A DNA stretch of 64,000 bases from Octopus sinensis (lineage: Eukaryota): contig NC_043000.1 in NCBI RefSeq assembly GCF_006345805.1, positions 80,786,001 to 80,850,000 on the forward strand, read 5' to 3'. The stretch's first letter is position 1. Each line of letters opens with the position of its first letter. Shown here in pieces: positions 24,661 to 37,400 of the stretch. Position numbers and translations under genes: made by a program. A model generated the notes under the pieces. The model was not told where the DNA came from and searched no databases. It worked only from the letters and a program-made list of their open reading frames with translations.

Positions 24661-26569
24661 CAATGATCAGTGATTTAGCTACATCTGTATGTTGCTGATA
24701 ATTAGCATGAATGACTTGATAACATGCTGAGAGATAAACTGTTTATATCTAGTTAGCAGCATTCCGTAATGGCAAGGATAGATTGCATGCCCAGTCTACC
24801 TAGCTGTATTTAGGTACCATAAGGCAAGTTCAACATACTGTTTCAAATAATGGCAACATTGCAATAAATTGCCAAGTGGTTTATGAGCTGGCGATGTTGA
24901 ACTCACTTCTTCTTACTGTGGTTAATACAGTATCAGAAAGACAGGGCTGGACAAATTTATTTTTAGCATTACACTACTAGTGGGACCAGTGGAAATTCCA
25001 CTGAATGAAAATGATTAAGAAAAGCTATTTAAGAAAGAAAGGATGATTTGCATTTTTATTTTTGTTTTGCCAAGTTATTTCACTTCCAGTTACAATAATA
25101 TATTAAATTATTTAAAAATTTCCCTCTGCTAAGCACTATATATTTCTCTCTTTCTCTCTACCTCTTCAACAAATTTTTTAACCATGTAATTCTCCTCTTC
25201 ATGTCTTTAACATTTCTTTCTTTCTCTTCGCCTCTCACTTCCACTAACAGCATGATGCATTAACTGGCTACCTGCTCTCTCAGACACTCTTACATTCCTT
25301 CTTCCTCTCTCTCTCACTCACTCTACCTCCTCCTCTCTTCTAACAAACTAAAGCATAAAGTGTGAATGAACAGGTAATAATATTATAGATTTAGTTCAAT
25401 AAAAAAATACTTTGCACTATCAACACAACACCACCACCATCACTATAGTTTTTAGTAAGAAAGCTAATTTCATTTTAGTTCAGTTCAGCTGTTTGTTTAT
25501 ATCTACTTTTTCTTGCTGTCATTGTATCTCTACTCTGTCAATACAAACACTCTCAGCCTCTCTCTCACTCTCTTGTCCATTTCTCTCTATCTGCTTTTCT
25601 TTAACCTCACCACCAGAATGTCACCCTCTGCTTAATATTGTATCCTAAACATATCTTGTTATCTTTCCCTTTCCCTTCCCATCCTACAGGACGTTGTTAA
25701 CAGTTCTCTCTCCCTCTTTTATCTTACTCTTTGCCTCTCCCTGTAACTAACCACATGACACATTTGGCCTTTATGACATCTTTCTCTAATTCTTCCTCAT
25801 TTCTTTCTTCTCTACTCACACTCTTCCCCTCTTTCTCTCACTTTTACTTCACCTCTTACTCATTCTGCCTCCACCTCTCACTCATTCTGCCTCCACCTCT
25901 TTAACTAATGAACAAATGAACAAGCAGATTATGAAGAGGGGATCTTCAGTAAAACATTTATAGTGCACTGGATTAAGGACTTGCCATTCCTCATATGTAT
26001 TGATGGTTGAAAGCATGACTTTGTGGTCAAGAAACTTACTTCGTGCTCATGTGACTCTAAATTCAGTCACATAACATAATACTTCAGTCAAGTTTTTTAC
26101 AGTAGCCATGAGTTGATTATCATCTTGTGTGTGGAATTCAGGTGGAAATTGTGTAAGACCCATTGCATCATGTGTATATTGCACATTTATATATGTGTGT
26201 ATATGTAAGTATATACATATATATGTACATGTGTGTATGTGTGCATGTGCATGCATGCACATGCATGTCTGTGTGACTGTTTCCTTTTGTACTTCTCTGA
26301 AAATCCTGAGCTCCATTTAGTTATGTTGTGGATTTTCCAAATCAACAAATCATCTGCTGACTCTGCTTTTGAAGATGTGGAATACATGATACTTGAAAAA
26401 CAAGTGAAGCTTAGTAACAGAAGGGTGCCTGACTGTAAAACAATGCTTCAGTAATATACATTCATTTAAGTCATATTAGCATGAAGATTGAATGTAAAAC
26501 TAAGGAATATGTGCATGATGTGTGTGTGTGTGTGTGCACGTGTACTTTACTTTCTTTCTCTGATGTAAC

Positions 26570-26745
26570 TTCTTACAAGTGCTCTCTTTCCAATCTTCCA
26601 TTGCATATATAAACCTTTGACATTTGCCTTTGGATGGCCTGCTTCATGCGTAGTTAGGATTTTTCTCATTTTTCTGACAAATACCTTTAGGTGATATTTT
26701 GTCCTATTCACTATTCCAGCAGTACAATGCAGAAGATAATTGCCC
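26570..26745 (-). mobile_element. Dong/R4-clade LINE internal fragment
   Basis: VRKMRKILTTHEAGHPKANVKGLYMQWKIGKRAL resembles the post-RT DRKTRK..HPKA.V.RLY..RK.GGRGL motif. Confidence 0.65.
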
Positions 26746-27639
26746 ATGAATTGATCAGATTGTCATCATCATCATTAAAGCAGTGGATTTGTAGAAGCCT
26801 TAGAACATTGGAAAAATTATTTTGTGGTGTTCCTTCCAAGCCCTTATGATCTGAATACAAATCTTGTCAAGGTCAATTTTACTTATGCTTCTGGGAACAA
26901 CAAAATAAAGTATCAGGCAAGTACTATAGGTGATGGTATTGACTATACAGCTTCCCTAAAAACTGCTAGTCTTGTACCTAAATCAGAAACTGTTGTTGTT
27001 GTAACTAAGGTGTTGGATTCACAAAATCTGTAGGGCCTTAGGCAAAATGCCATGTGGTATTTAGTTTCATTTAGTATGTTCTGAGTTCAAATCATGCAGG
27101 ATCAAATTTGCCTTTTATCTTTTCAAAAATCAATATGATTAATACCAATTAAATAATGGGGTGGGGTTGTCAATATATTTGACAATACCCCACCTCTCCA
27201 CCCAGAAAAAAGTTGTTATGAATCAATATAATTTTCTTAATACCATTATTTATGTTTACATCAATGTGATGACAAATTACTAATGTTTATCATGTTGTGA
27301 TGACAGCTTATCAATATTCATGTCAATATGATGACATATCTATGTTTATCATGTCAGTGTAATGGATAAGATTATCTAATTTTATGTCGTAAAGTTCTGA
27401 ACTTCAGGTTAACTACGACAAGTATAACTGTAAAGAAATCTCCTTCCCTACCACACCTATCACTTTCTCTCTCTTCCTCTCTTTGTCTTCAGATAGAATT
27501 GTTCTTTTCCTGAAACATAAACACATATGAGCAATTATTGAACCTTAACTTCCTTCCATGCCATTCTTAAACAATTTAGAAACAATTTTATCACTGCATA
27601 GGAAGTTAGACTTTTACTGTTAATCTCCCACTTGCACAA

Positions 27640-28025
27640 TATGAGTGTGTGGAGAGAAGTTTGTTTCCCAACCACATGGTTCTGGGTTCAGTCTCACTGT
27701 ATGACACCTTGGGCAAATGTCTTCCACTGTAGCCTTGGGCCGACCAAAGCCTTGTAAGGGGATTTGCTACATGGAATCAGAAAGAAGCCAGTCGTGTATA
27801 TATATATGTACGTATTTATGTGTGTGTGTCTGTGTTTATCCCCTTGCCATCACTTGAAAACCGATGCTGTTGTGTTTATGGCCCTGTAACTTAGAGGTTC
27901 GGCAAAAGTGACTGATAGTACTAGGCTTACAAAGAATAAGTCCTGAGGTCGATTTCTTCAACTAAAACCCTTTAAGGTGGTGCTCCAGCATGGTTGCAGT
28001 CAAATGACTGAAACAAGTAAAAGAG
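27640..28025 (+). mobile_element. SINE family A copy
   Basis: Colinear with the other family A copies. Confidence 0.75.
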
Positions 28026-28067
28026 CAAAAGCTAGCTGAAGTAATTTAACAAAAATAAATATAAATT

Positions 28068-28440
28068 AGTCTCTCACCAAGTCCTGCAGCAAGAGGCAGT
28101 AGTGGAACATACAGGCTTAACCAGCTGGAAGTACATAATTGCAAATCTGTACATAGGCAGCTTGGGACATTGGTTGCTTCATTTCCAAACTGTGGCATTA
28201 GAAAAATTTGGCAGCTTCTCAAATGACTGAGCAACCCTTTCTAGGGATAACACTGCTCACCTGTTAATCAGAAAGGACGTAGAAATAGTAATCTAAACAA
28301 AGCTTGCCTAATTCTGGAACTGGCCAGCTACACTGTGACTTGCAGCTTCCATCTTTTTGCAGAATTCCATGGTAATACCCAAGGAATTTCTGATTTTCCA
28401 AGAAATGGTAGTACTTAGGCAAAAGTTATCTTCTACCATA
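28068..28440. repeat. Dispersed repeat, second copy at about 32810-33160, probable DNA-transposon derivative
   Basis: About 300 bp of colinear similarity between the two loci. Both end at ...ACCATA next to TA-rich sequence. Confidence 0.6.
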
Positions 28441-28471
28441 TATGTGTCTGTTTATATATATATATATATAT

Positions 28472-28680
28472 AGTTAATCCAAACAAGAAAGCACAAAAAA
28501 ACACAACAATGCGAGGACGTGGAACAAATATAGTATTATTGGACGCTCAGGAAAAAAGGAAAGAAGGAGGGTTTAACGTTTCGAGCGGAGCTCTTCGTTG
28601 GAAACATAGGAGAAGGAAAGATCCAGAGAAGGGAAGACAGAGAAAAAAAAATCGCCAACGGTACATACGCGGTCACATTA
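28472..28680 (-). mobile_element. Short Penelope-like terminal fragment with a decayed minimal hammerhead
   Basis: A CpG-rich 210-bp unit between (TA)n tracts. The minus strand reads GTTT-CCAACGA-A-GAGC-TCC-GCTC-GAAAC-GTT-AAAC. Confidence 0.55.
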
Positions 28681-28685
28681 TATAT

Positions 28686-28766
<81 letters not shown>

Positions 28767-30229
28767 AGTGCATTTGCTACAGTCACTCATCCTGCTCACT
28801 CATCCAGCCCAAGCCTCTATATCACTACACCTATTCTTACAACCACCAATGTATCTTGAGAGTATCTCTGGACACATCTTTGCCATCATCTCTCTCACTG
28901 TTGCTCTCTTTACTCTCCATGTTACTCTCCAACTTGCTCTCTTTTGTTTTCCAGCTGGGGTATCCATGTCTCTACTCTACTGCAAGAGACCTATATCTGT
29001 CCCCACTTTACCTTAGGACTCTCAACTAGCACAAAGCCACATCCTCTCATTTGAGGGATCCTTGTCTTGCAAGGTACATGGTGATCCTGCCTGTGCAGGT
29101 GCAACATAAAAAGCACCTAATACACTCTGTAAAGTGATTGGTGTTAAGAAGGGCAACCAGCTGTTGAAACCAGGCCAAAATAGACTATGGAACTTGGTGC
29201 AGCTCCTGGCCTTGCCTGCTTATGTCAAACCATCCAACCCATACCAGCATAGAAAACTGACACTAAATGATGATGATGATGATATATAAACTTGATTGCC
29301 AACCACATGTTTCCAGATTCAGTCCCATTGTGTGGCACCTTGGGCAAGTGTTACCATAACCCCAGATATATCTATAATAAATCCATTGATATTTCAAAGG
29401 ATTTAAGTTTTCTTTTCTTTTTTTTGTTGTTAGAGTGGTGTATAGAATTGGTAGAGCTTTGGAAACAAAGTACCTCATTCCATTTAATTATGTCCCTATA
29501 TATTTTAAATTTCAAACATTCAAGGGTGGGAATTTTGCCCTTAATCTTCCCTGAATTGATTATGTAAAATACCAGCCATGCCCTGGGTTCAGTCAAAAAT
29601 ACCTTGTTTCAAGTTTTGTTCCTGTATTAAAAGCCATATATTTCTTTAGGCATTGAGTGTATCTTATGTGAAAATGTTGAACAATTATGAAATTAAAAAG
29701 GAGAGAAAACAAAACAAATTTAAATAGAAAAACAAAAAACAATAAGCAATGGTTAATGAATAGAATTAATGATTTTTCTTGGAAATGAAATTTCTCTAGA
29801 ATTAATAAACTGTTGGTAGCTAGAATGTGTGTTTATGTGTGTATCTCAAACTGTTTGAAGGAGACATGCATACACACACATACGAGAATGTATTTATTTG
29901 CTGGAATAATTAGCCACAAATTAGAAAATTGAACTCAATACCCGCTTATAACCAAGAAGAGTATGCTGTTTATATTTTATTATTTTGCCTGAAACATGTT
30001 ATATTACTGATGAGCAGGTCCTTGTTTCATCATACAATTCATCAGAGTAATGAAAATAGAGAACTAGATTGGCAAATACATAGATACTAGGTGAAATGTG
30101 AAATTAAAAAAGAATGAGTAAGCTTGAAATGAGAAAATCTAAACATCAGAGGAAAAGGTTGAGCTGATAAGAAATGTACATGTGTGTGTGTGCGCACACA
30201 TATAGTGTATGCCTGAATATATATCATCA

Positions 30230-30588
30230 TCTCTATATTATAATTCTGAAATACGAAAAGTTTGTTTGTCTGGTTTTGGCATTGAGAACAGGTTAAAGAG
30301 CACTAGATCCCGTCGGATTGACTCCAAAATTTACAAGGACATGTAAATTGAGGTGCGGATGGGAGTGGGCTAGCTTAGAAATCCCTATCTTAAAAGGTGT
30401 GGTTACTAGGGCGAAAAACGCACACTTTGACAAGTCTACTCTCATTCTTTTATGTATCTGTCTTCCTCCATTTCTCTCTCTTTCCTCCCTTCCCTTCACA
30501 TTCTCTCTATAACATCGTTTGATAACGTCTACTACTTTTCCCTTCACTTCTCTCTTACCCGCGCGTAGAGGGGGTCACCTTAAGCTAG
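30230..30588 (+). mobile_element. Non-autonomous Helitron, short unit
   Basis: Starts A|TC-TCTATATTATAA. The subterminal hairpin ACCCGC...GGGGGT is followed by CTAG (30585-30588). No TSD. Confidence 0.8.
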
Positions 30589-32144
30589 TCAATATCTATA
30601 AATCTGAAATGCAAAAAGTTTGTTTGTCTGGTTTTGGCATTGGAACGGGTTAAAAGGCACTAGATCCCGTCGGATTGACTCCAAAATTTACAGGGACATG
30701 TAAAATGAGGTGAGGATGTGAGTGGGCTACGTTAGAAGTCCCTATCTTAAAAGGTGTGGTTACTAGGGCAAAAACGCACACTTTGACAAGTCTACTCTCA
30801 TTCTCTTATCTGCCTGTCTTCCTCCTATTCTCTCTCTTTCCTCCCTTCCCTTCACGTTCTCTCTATAACGTCATTTTACAGCGTCTACTATCTTTCCCCC
30901 GCCGCATTCACTCTTTCTACCATATCCTCTCTCTCTCTCTCTCTACGTCTGTCTGCATTCATAGAGAGAATTATTATCGCCACCACCACCACCCACTGAT
31001 AAGAACAAATATTATGAATCAGATATTTATTGGGTTAATTTATATATGTGTGTGTGTGTGTGTGTGTGTTCTATATATAAATATGTATATATAATGTATA
31101 TATACAAAGTGTATATATCTGTATTTATATATATATATGTATATATATATATATGTATATAATTTGTATACATTTGTATATATAATGCATACACACACAC
31201 ACACATATATATAATGTGTATATATGTACATATATACATTTAATGCGGATATATATATATAATGTTTGCATTATGTGGTCGGTTGAGCTGAAAATATGCA
31301 CACCTATGTTAAAAGTGCTGGCGAGTTTGCATGGCAACTGTTTCTTCCTCAAATGAAAGGCGTGACCTCTAGGACAAAATTTCTCATCTTATAAAATGTG
31401 GCTCGAGTAGACCCGAATGAAATCAGGTTATATTAACCAAAATGTGAAAAGAGGTCTAAATGGGGCTGGAATTGGATTAAAATTTACAGGAGCGGATGTT
31501 TAGGAATTCTCTGTTACATCAAGCTAAAAAATTTGCGCCAGCCTTTAAATCGTCAATGTGTTGCCATCCATGATGAAGAAGTTTTGAATGCTTGCCATGG
31601 TGAGTCTACTGTCATGAGAAAGAATCACTTCAAAAGTTGGTGTTTAGGAATTTTCTTTTACATCAAGTTCAAAATTTTTCGCCAGCCGTTAAACTGCTGC
31701 TACGTTGCTGTCCGGCGTTAAGAAATGCAAGCCATGGTGACTCTACTATCCTCAGATTCTATCCCCTCAAACTTTGGTTTTGAATATTTTTTTATTTTTA
31801 TTCAGCTCGCAAGTTTGTCTGTCCCTTTTTAAATGTTAGTGTTTTGCTGTCTGCCTTGAAGCAGACTTTTCCATTGTCACTGCCTGATATTTATGATTGA
31901 TCTTTGAAGATATTTTCTTTCTCAACTTTCTCAAGATCTTTTGTTGTTTATAAATGGGAGAGAGATAGATAGAGAAAGATAGAGAGTAAGAGAAAGCAAG
32001 GGAGAGTCTGACAGAAATGAAGAGTAAGAGAGTGGGAAAGTGAGAGAGAAAGGAGAGAGAAACAAAGAGGGAGAATGTGGTGATAAAAAACAGAAAGTAA
32101 CAACCACACTCTTACCCGCATGTAGAGTGGGTCACCTTAAGCTA

Positions 32145-32145
<1 letters not shown>
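30589..32145 (+). mobile_element. Non-autonomous Helitron, long unit, head-to-tail with the short unit
   Basis: The first 310 bp or so duplicate the short unit. It ends with the same ACCCGC...GTGGGT-CACCTTAAG-CTAG|T at 32142-32146. Confidence 0.8.
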
Positions 32146-32175
<30 letters not shown>

Positions 32176-33292
32176 CAGGCATACAGCACACACACATGCG
32201 TGTATATAAATATATACATATATATATATATAAGTGGGTATATGTATACATATGTATGCGCATGTATGTGGGTGTCTGTACTTATGTATGTGTGTATGCA
32301 TATGTGCATGTATGTATGTATATGTGCAGGTATGCATATGTATGTATGTATGCATGTGTGTGTGTATGTATGAATATATATATATAAATATGTAAAGGAG
32401 TATATGTGTACATATGTATGTATATGTATGCATGAGTGTGTGTGTATGTGTATGTATATATATATATATGTGTGTGTGTGTATGTATATGTATAAATACA
32501 GTGTGTGTGTCTGTATCAGGTCACTCACAGGCACTGCTGGCTGCTTATAACACATTACAGGCTGTTGCATGATCAGATCATCATTAAATAAACTTCCCCT
32601 CCAGACCTGCTTGTTGAGGGTAGTTGCTTGAAATTCACCTACACAAAATAAATACTTAGGAGTGATGCATCTCTAGATCTTGTGAGAACATTTGTCTAGG
32701 AAAGAGATCATTCAGCACCTGGCTGACCCTGCCAATGTTGTGCTAACAAGAGGAAAACTTCCCTCACTATAACCAATTTTGTGCATGGGAACTTCTTAGA
32801 AACTCCTATTGGTCTCACAAAGTGCTGCAGCAAGAAGGAGTGGAATATACAAGTCTAACCAATTGGAAATAAGTAATTGCAAATCTTTCCATACGCAGCT
32901 TGGAATATTGGTTGTTTCTTTTCCAAACTATGGCAGTAGAAAGGTTTGGCAGCCACTCAAGTGAGTGAGCAGCCCTTTCTAGGGATAGCACTCACACTGT
33001 TAATCAGAAAGGACATAAAAAAGGTGATCTAAACGTAGCTTGACTAATTCTGGAACTGGCCTGCTGTTTTGTGTTTTGAAGTTTTCATCTCTTTACGGGA
33101 TTTCATGGTATTTATCCAAGGAATTTCTGACTTTCTTAGAAATTTCAGTACCTCACCATATATGTGTTTGTTTATGCATATATGCATGTGTTTATGTATG
33201 TATTCATGTATGTATGTATGTGTGTATGTATGTATGTATGTATGTATGTATGTATGTATGTATGTATGTGTGTGTGTATATATATAATATAA

Positions 33293-33713
33293 TGGGGTAG
33301 GCCGGTTTCTCACTTATGGCGTATCTTCAGACCCCAAAACACTACTGGCCTGAGACCTCTTTAAAATATGGAGGGGGAAAGCCTTGTTTTTAAAAGTAAA
33401 ACCGTAGGTGATTATCTCCCTTCGCCATTGTACATTGTTCTTTGGCCACGCTGCCATTTTGCGGTCACCAAAGCACCATGAAGGTAAATTATTGTCTTCA
33501 TTTAGCCTTGGCTATTGGTTTCCGGCTGTGGTGCCTGAAACATGTTATATTACTGATGAGCAGATCTCTGTTTCATCATACAATTCTTCAAGATTCCCCC
33601 TGGTACGAGCGAGTCTGTAAGGATCCTCGTGCAATTGGCAATGCATAACTTAGCCTTACAGTGTATCTTCAGACCCCAGACCCTGCTGGCCTGAGGCCTC
33701 TTTAAAATATGGA
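33293..33713 (-). mobile_element. 342-bp unit bounded by direct repeats of about 59 bp, carrying a degenerate hammerhead (PLE pLTR or retrozyme-like)
   Basis: 33313-33371 is repeated at 33655-33713. The minus strand reads TGGGGT-CTGAAGA-...-GAAACCGG-CCT-ACCCCA. It lies between TA-rich microsatellites. Confidence 0.55.
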
Positions 33714-33731
33714 TTTATGTATTTCTACGAG

Positions 33732-33773
<42 letters not shown>

Positions 33774-33776
<3 letters not shown>

Positions 33777-34315
33777 ATCATCATCATTTAACGTCCGTTT
33801 TCTATGCTGGCATGGGTTGGAAGGTTTGGCTGGGGACTGGCAAGCCAGGAGGCTGAACCAGGCGCCAATCTGATCTGGCAGTGTTTCTACAGCTGGATGC
33901 CCTTTGTAATGCCAACCATTCCAAGAGTGTAGTGAGTGCTTTTTATGTGCCACTAGCACAAGAACCAGCCAGGTGACACTGGCATTGGCCATGTTTGGAT
34001 GGTGCTTTTTATGTAACTACTGGCACATGATCCAGTTGGGGCAGGAGAGCTAGCATTGACCACGTTCAGATGGAGCCAAGCAGGTGGCACTGACAACGAT
34101 CCATGCATGCATGGTGCTTATTGCATGCCACCAGCACGGGAGTCAGGCAGGTGGCACTGGCGTCAGCCACTACTACAATTTCCATTTGGTCTCGTCAAGC
34201 ACGGAATGTCACCTGACAATTCAAAAGTACTTTTTAAATGGGCTGGTGTAGGCTATGGCTGTAATCTCACTTTACTTGCCAGGTCTTCTCAATCACAGCA
34301 TATCTCCAGTGGTCT
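33774..34315 (-). mobile_element. RTE-type LINE 3' end
   Basis: Begins DHWRYAVIEKTWQ, followed by the same 3' UTR repeats and (GAT)n tail as 16654-17160. Confidence 0.75.
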
Positions 34316-34319
34316 ATAT

Positions 34320-34357
<38 letters not shown>

Positions 34358-35594
34358 CTAGCATTATGACCCGTCGTTGCCGGGTCATAGTGCTAGGGCA
34401 TGTATATATGTGTATATATATCCAGCTGTAGAAGCCATGCCAAAACTGATCTTGCATATGCTGGTTCCACATAAAAAAGTACTCAATCCAATGTACAGGG
34501 TGGTTGGTGTCAGGAAGAGCATCTAGCTGTAAAAACCATGCCAAAACTGATACAGTAGTCTGGTATAGTCTTCTGCCTGGCAAGCTCCTGTCAAACCATC
34601 CAACCCTTGCCAGCATTAAATAATGATGATGATATTTATGGATGCTTATGTTTATGAATTTTGGGTAATTCTTTCCAAATCAATTGTATATAGCATGATT
34701 GTTACCTACGTTGCCTTACTGGCACTTGTGCTGGTGACATGTGAAAAACATTTGAGCGAGGTCGTTGCCAGTGCCGCTGGACTGGCTCCTGTGCAGGTGG
34801 CACATAAAAAGCACCATTTGAGCATGGCTGTTGCGAGTACTGCCTGACTGGCCCTCGTGCCAGTGGCATGTAAAAGCACCCACTACACTCGGAGTGGTTG
34901 GCATTAGGAAGGGCTCTTTTTTCTCTACATTGTATACTTTATAGACAACAGTCTTTTCTTTAATTTAATTTTTTATTATCCATCTGGACTATTCCATTTC
35001 TGCATGCTAATTTTATTTTCAATTTATTCCCATTCATGTGAAACCACTTATTCAAGTTCGAGTCATTGATGCAATTTTATACCAATTGCTATTTTTACTT
35101 TTGTTATGTTACGATTATATTATACTTTAGTTTGATTTTAATTATTACTTACTACATATAATTCAATTGTTATTATTATTTTTATTGTTAAAGTGAAAGT
35201 ATCTGACATAAAATAGAGAAATGTTTTTGTTTCACTTTTAACACATAATACTGAAATAGTGGAGAAGATATGATATTGCTATGGGCTCGCTCTAGGCAAG
35301 AAGTTGAACATTGTTTTTGCCCATGAAACTACATGGACCCTAAGTAGGGCATGTATAAAATTTGAATGAAATTGGTTGTGTAGTTCTCAAGTTTTAGGGA
35401 ATCATAGTGGAGAAGATATGATAGTGCTGTGGGCTCGCCCTAGGCAAAAAGTTCAAAATTATTTTAGCCAATGACACTCCCCGGACCCTAAGTAAGGCAT
35501 GTGTAAAATTTGAATGAAATTGGTTGTGCAGTTCTCAAGTTTTAGGGAAACACACAGGCAGACAGACACACATTCTCAGTTTTATATATATAGA
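34358..35594 (-). mobile_element. Non-autonomous Helitron with nested RTE 3' UTR fragments
   Basis: The minus-strand 5' end is A|TCTATATATATAAAACTGAGAATGTGTGTCTGTCTG at 35594. The 3' hairpin and CTAG|T are at 34358-34396. There is an internal tandem duplication of about 148 bp (35258-35548). Pairing the two ends as one element is inferred. Confidence 0.7.
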
Positions 35595-35805
35595 TATATT
35601 CTTTTATTTTACTTGTTTCACTCAGTAGACTGTAGCAATGCTGGGGCATCAGCTTGAAGAATTTTAGGCAAATGAATTGACCCTAGTACTTTTATTTTTT
35701 AAGCCTGGCTCTTATTCTATCATTCTCTTTTACCAAACCACTAAGTTATTGGGATGTAAACACACCAACACTGGTTGTCAAATGGTGTTGGGGGTACAAA
35801 TCTAG

Positions 35806-35838
<33 letters not shown>

Positions 35839-35984
35839 CATACATATAACAGGCTTCTTTCAATTTCCATTTACCAAATCTAGTCACAAGGCTTTGGTCT
35901 TCTCGAGGATATAGTAGAAGAGATTTGATGATTAGTATAGGATTGGAAGGTTTGGTTAGCTTAATGTAAGATGTTTTATATATA

Positions 35985-36146
35985 TATGTATGTATTGTAT
36001 GTATGCATGTATGTATATATGTATGTGTGTATGTGTGTATGTATGTATGTATGTATGTATGTATGTATGTATGTATGTATGTATGTATGTATGTATTGTA
36101 TGTATGTATGTATGTATGTATGTGTGTATGTATGTATGTATGTATG

Positions 36147-36177
<31 letters not shown>

Positions 36178-36527
36178 TGTATGTATGTATGTATGTATGT
36201 AATGTATGTATGTATGTATGTAATGTATGTATGTGATGTATGTATGTATGTATGTATGTAATGTATGTATGTATGTTTGTATGTATGTATGTATGTATGT
36301 AATGTATGTATGTAATGTATGTAATGTATGTATGTATGTATGTATGTAATGTATGTATGTAATGTATGTATGTATGTAATGTATGTATGTGATGTATGTA
36401 TGTATGTATGTAATGTATGTATGTATGTTTGTATGTATGTATGTAATGTATGTATGTAATGTATGTAATGTATGTAATGTATGTATGTATGTAATGTATG
36501 TATGTATGTATGTATGTATGTATGTAT
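35985..36527. repeat. (TATG)n microsatellite with TAATG interruptions
   Basis: Directly visible. Confidence 0.97.
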
Positions 36528-36529
36528 AC

Positions 36530-36852
36530 CAAAGACCACTTTGGTCATGTATGATCATGGGATTGCACCTAGAAAGTTCCCTCTGAGGTATAAGTCTGGG
36601 CAAAGTTGCTTGTAAAAAACCAGCAGTCACCCATGCATACCAGTCCTCTCTCTGCACCATTGATGTTCTCCAAGGGAAATGCAAAGGCTGATACAACCTT
36701 GGCAACAGTGATGCCACAACTTAGTTCTACTGCTGAGTGAACTGGTGCAGCATGAAATAAAGTGTTCTTGTTCAAGAACACGACACACAAGAATCAAACT
36801 CGCAACCTCATGATTGTAAGTCCGATACCTTAACCACTGAGCCATGCACTCC
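36530..36852 (-). mobile_element. SINE family C copy
   Basis: Colinear with 7950-8278. Confidence 0.7.
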
Positions 36853-37400
36853 CCTTCCCCACACTCACTTTTTCTATGCCAAAAATAGTTGTTGTATTGA
36901 AATAGGTCATTTGTGTACAATGTAGTAATTTACTTTACTATAGTCAGTTGTTAGCAAAAAGTCTGCTGAGAAAAAAAATAACATTTTTTCAACATATACT
37001 GTGAAGTTTTTTAATATTTAATTCTGTTGCATGACATTTTGGTGCATGTATAGCCTCAACTAAGTGATGTATTTTACGTATGTAGAGGAAGATTCTTTTA
37101 TTTCTGTTTGGTGCATTTTAAGCACAATGGGAAAAAATTTTTTTCCCCTTTTTTAAGTTTATCATAAATATGCTAAAATGTTATGTCCTTTGATAATTGT
37201 ACCTGTTGACTGATGATTTATTTTCTTTTTGTGCTGTTAAAGTTCAGTTTAAGCAGTTAGAAATTGATGACTATGAGAAAGACATGTGCAAAAAGAGAGA
37301 ATTCCAGGAAGACAACATTTGAGTGAGAAAAGATTGAACATAACAGTTAGTGTGGGAGATGAATGTGTCAAATATAATAAGTATGAAGGGCAGAGGGGAG

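Noticed and set aside
26233-26454. Short coding-looking stretch open on both strands
   Set aside because: No recognisable motif and only weak splice signals.
29985-30020. GAAAC...CTGATGA in type II hammerhead order (also at 33537-33565)
   Set aside because: Stems I and II cannot form convincingly.
35741-36717. Long ORFs of 190-263 aa made of YIHT repeats
   Set aside because: They are translations of the (TATG)n microsatellite. The same applies to the many poly-I, YI, HT and CV ORFs elsewhere.
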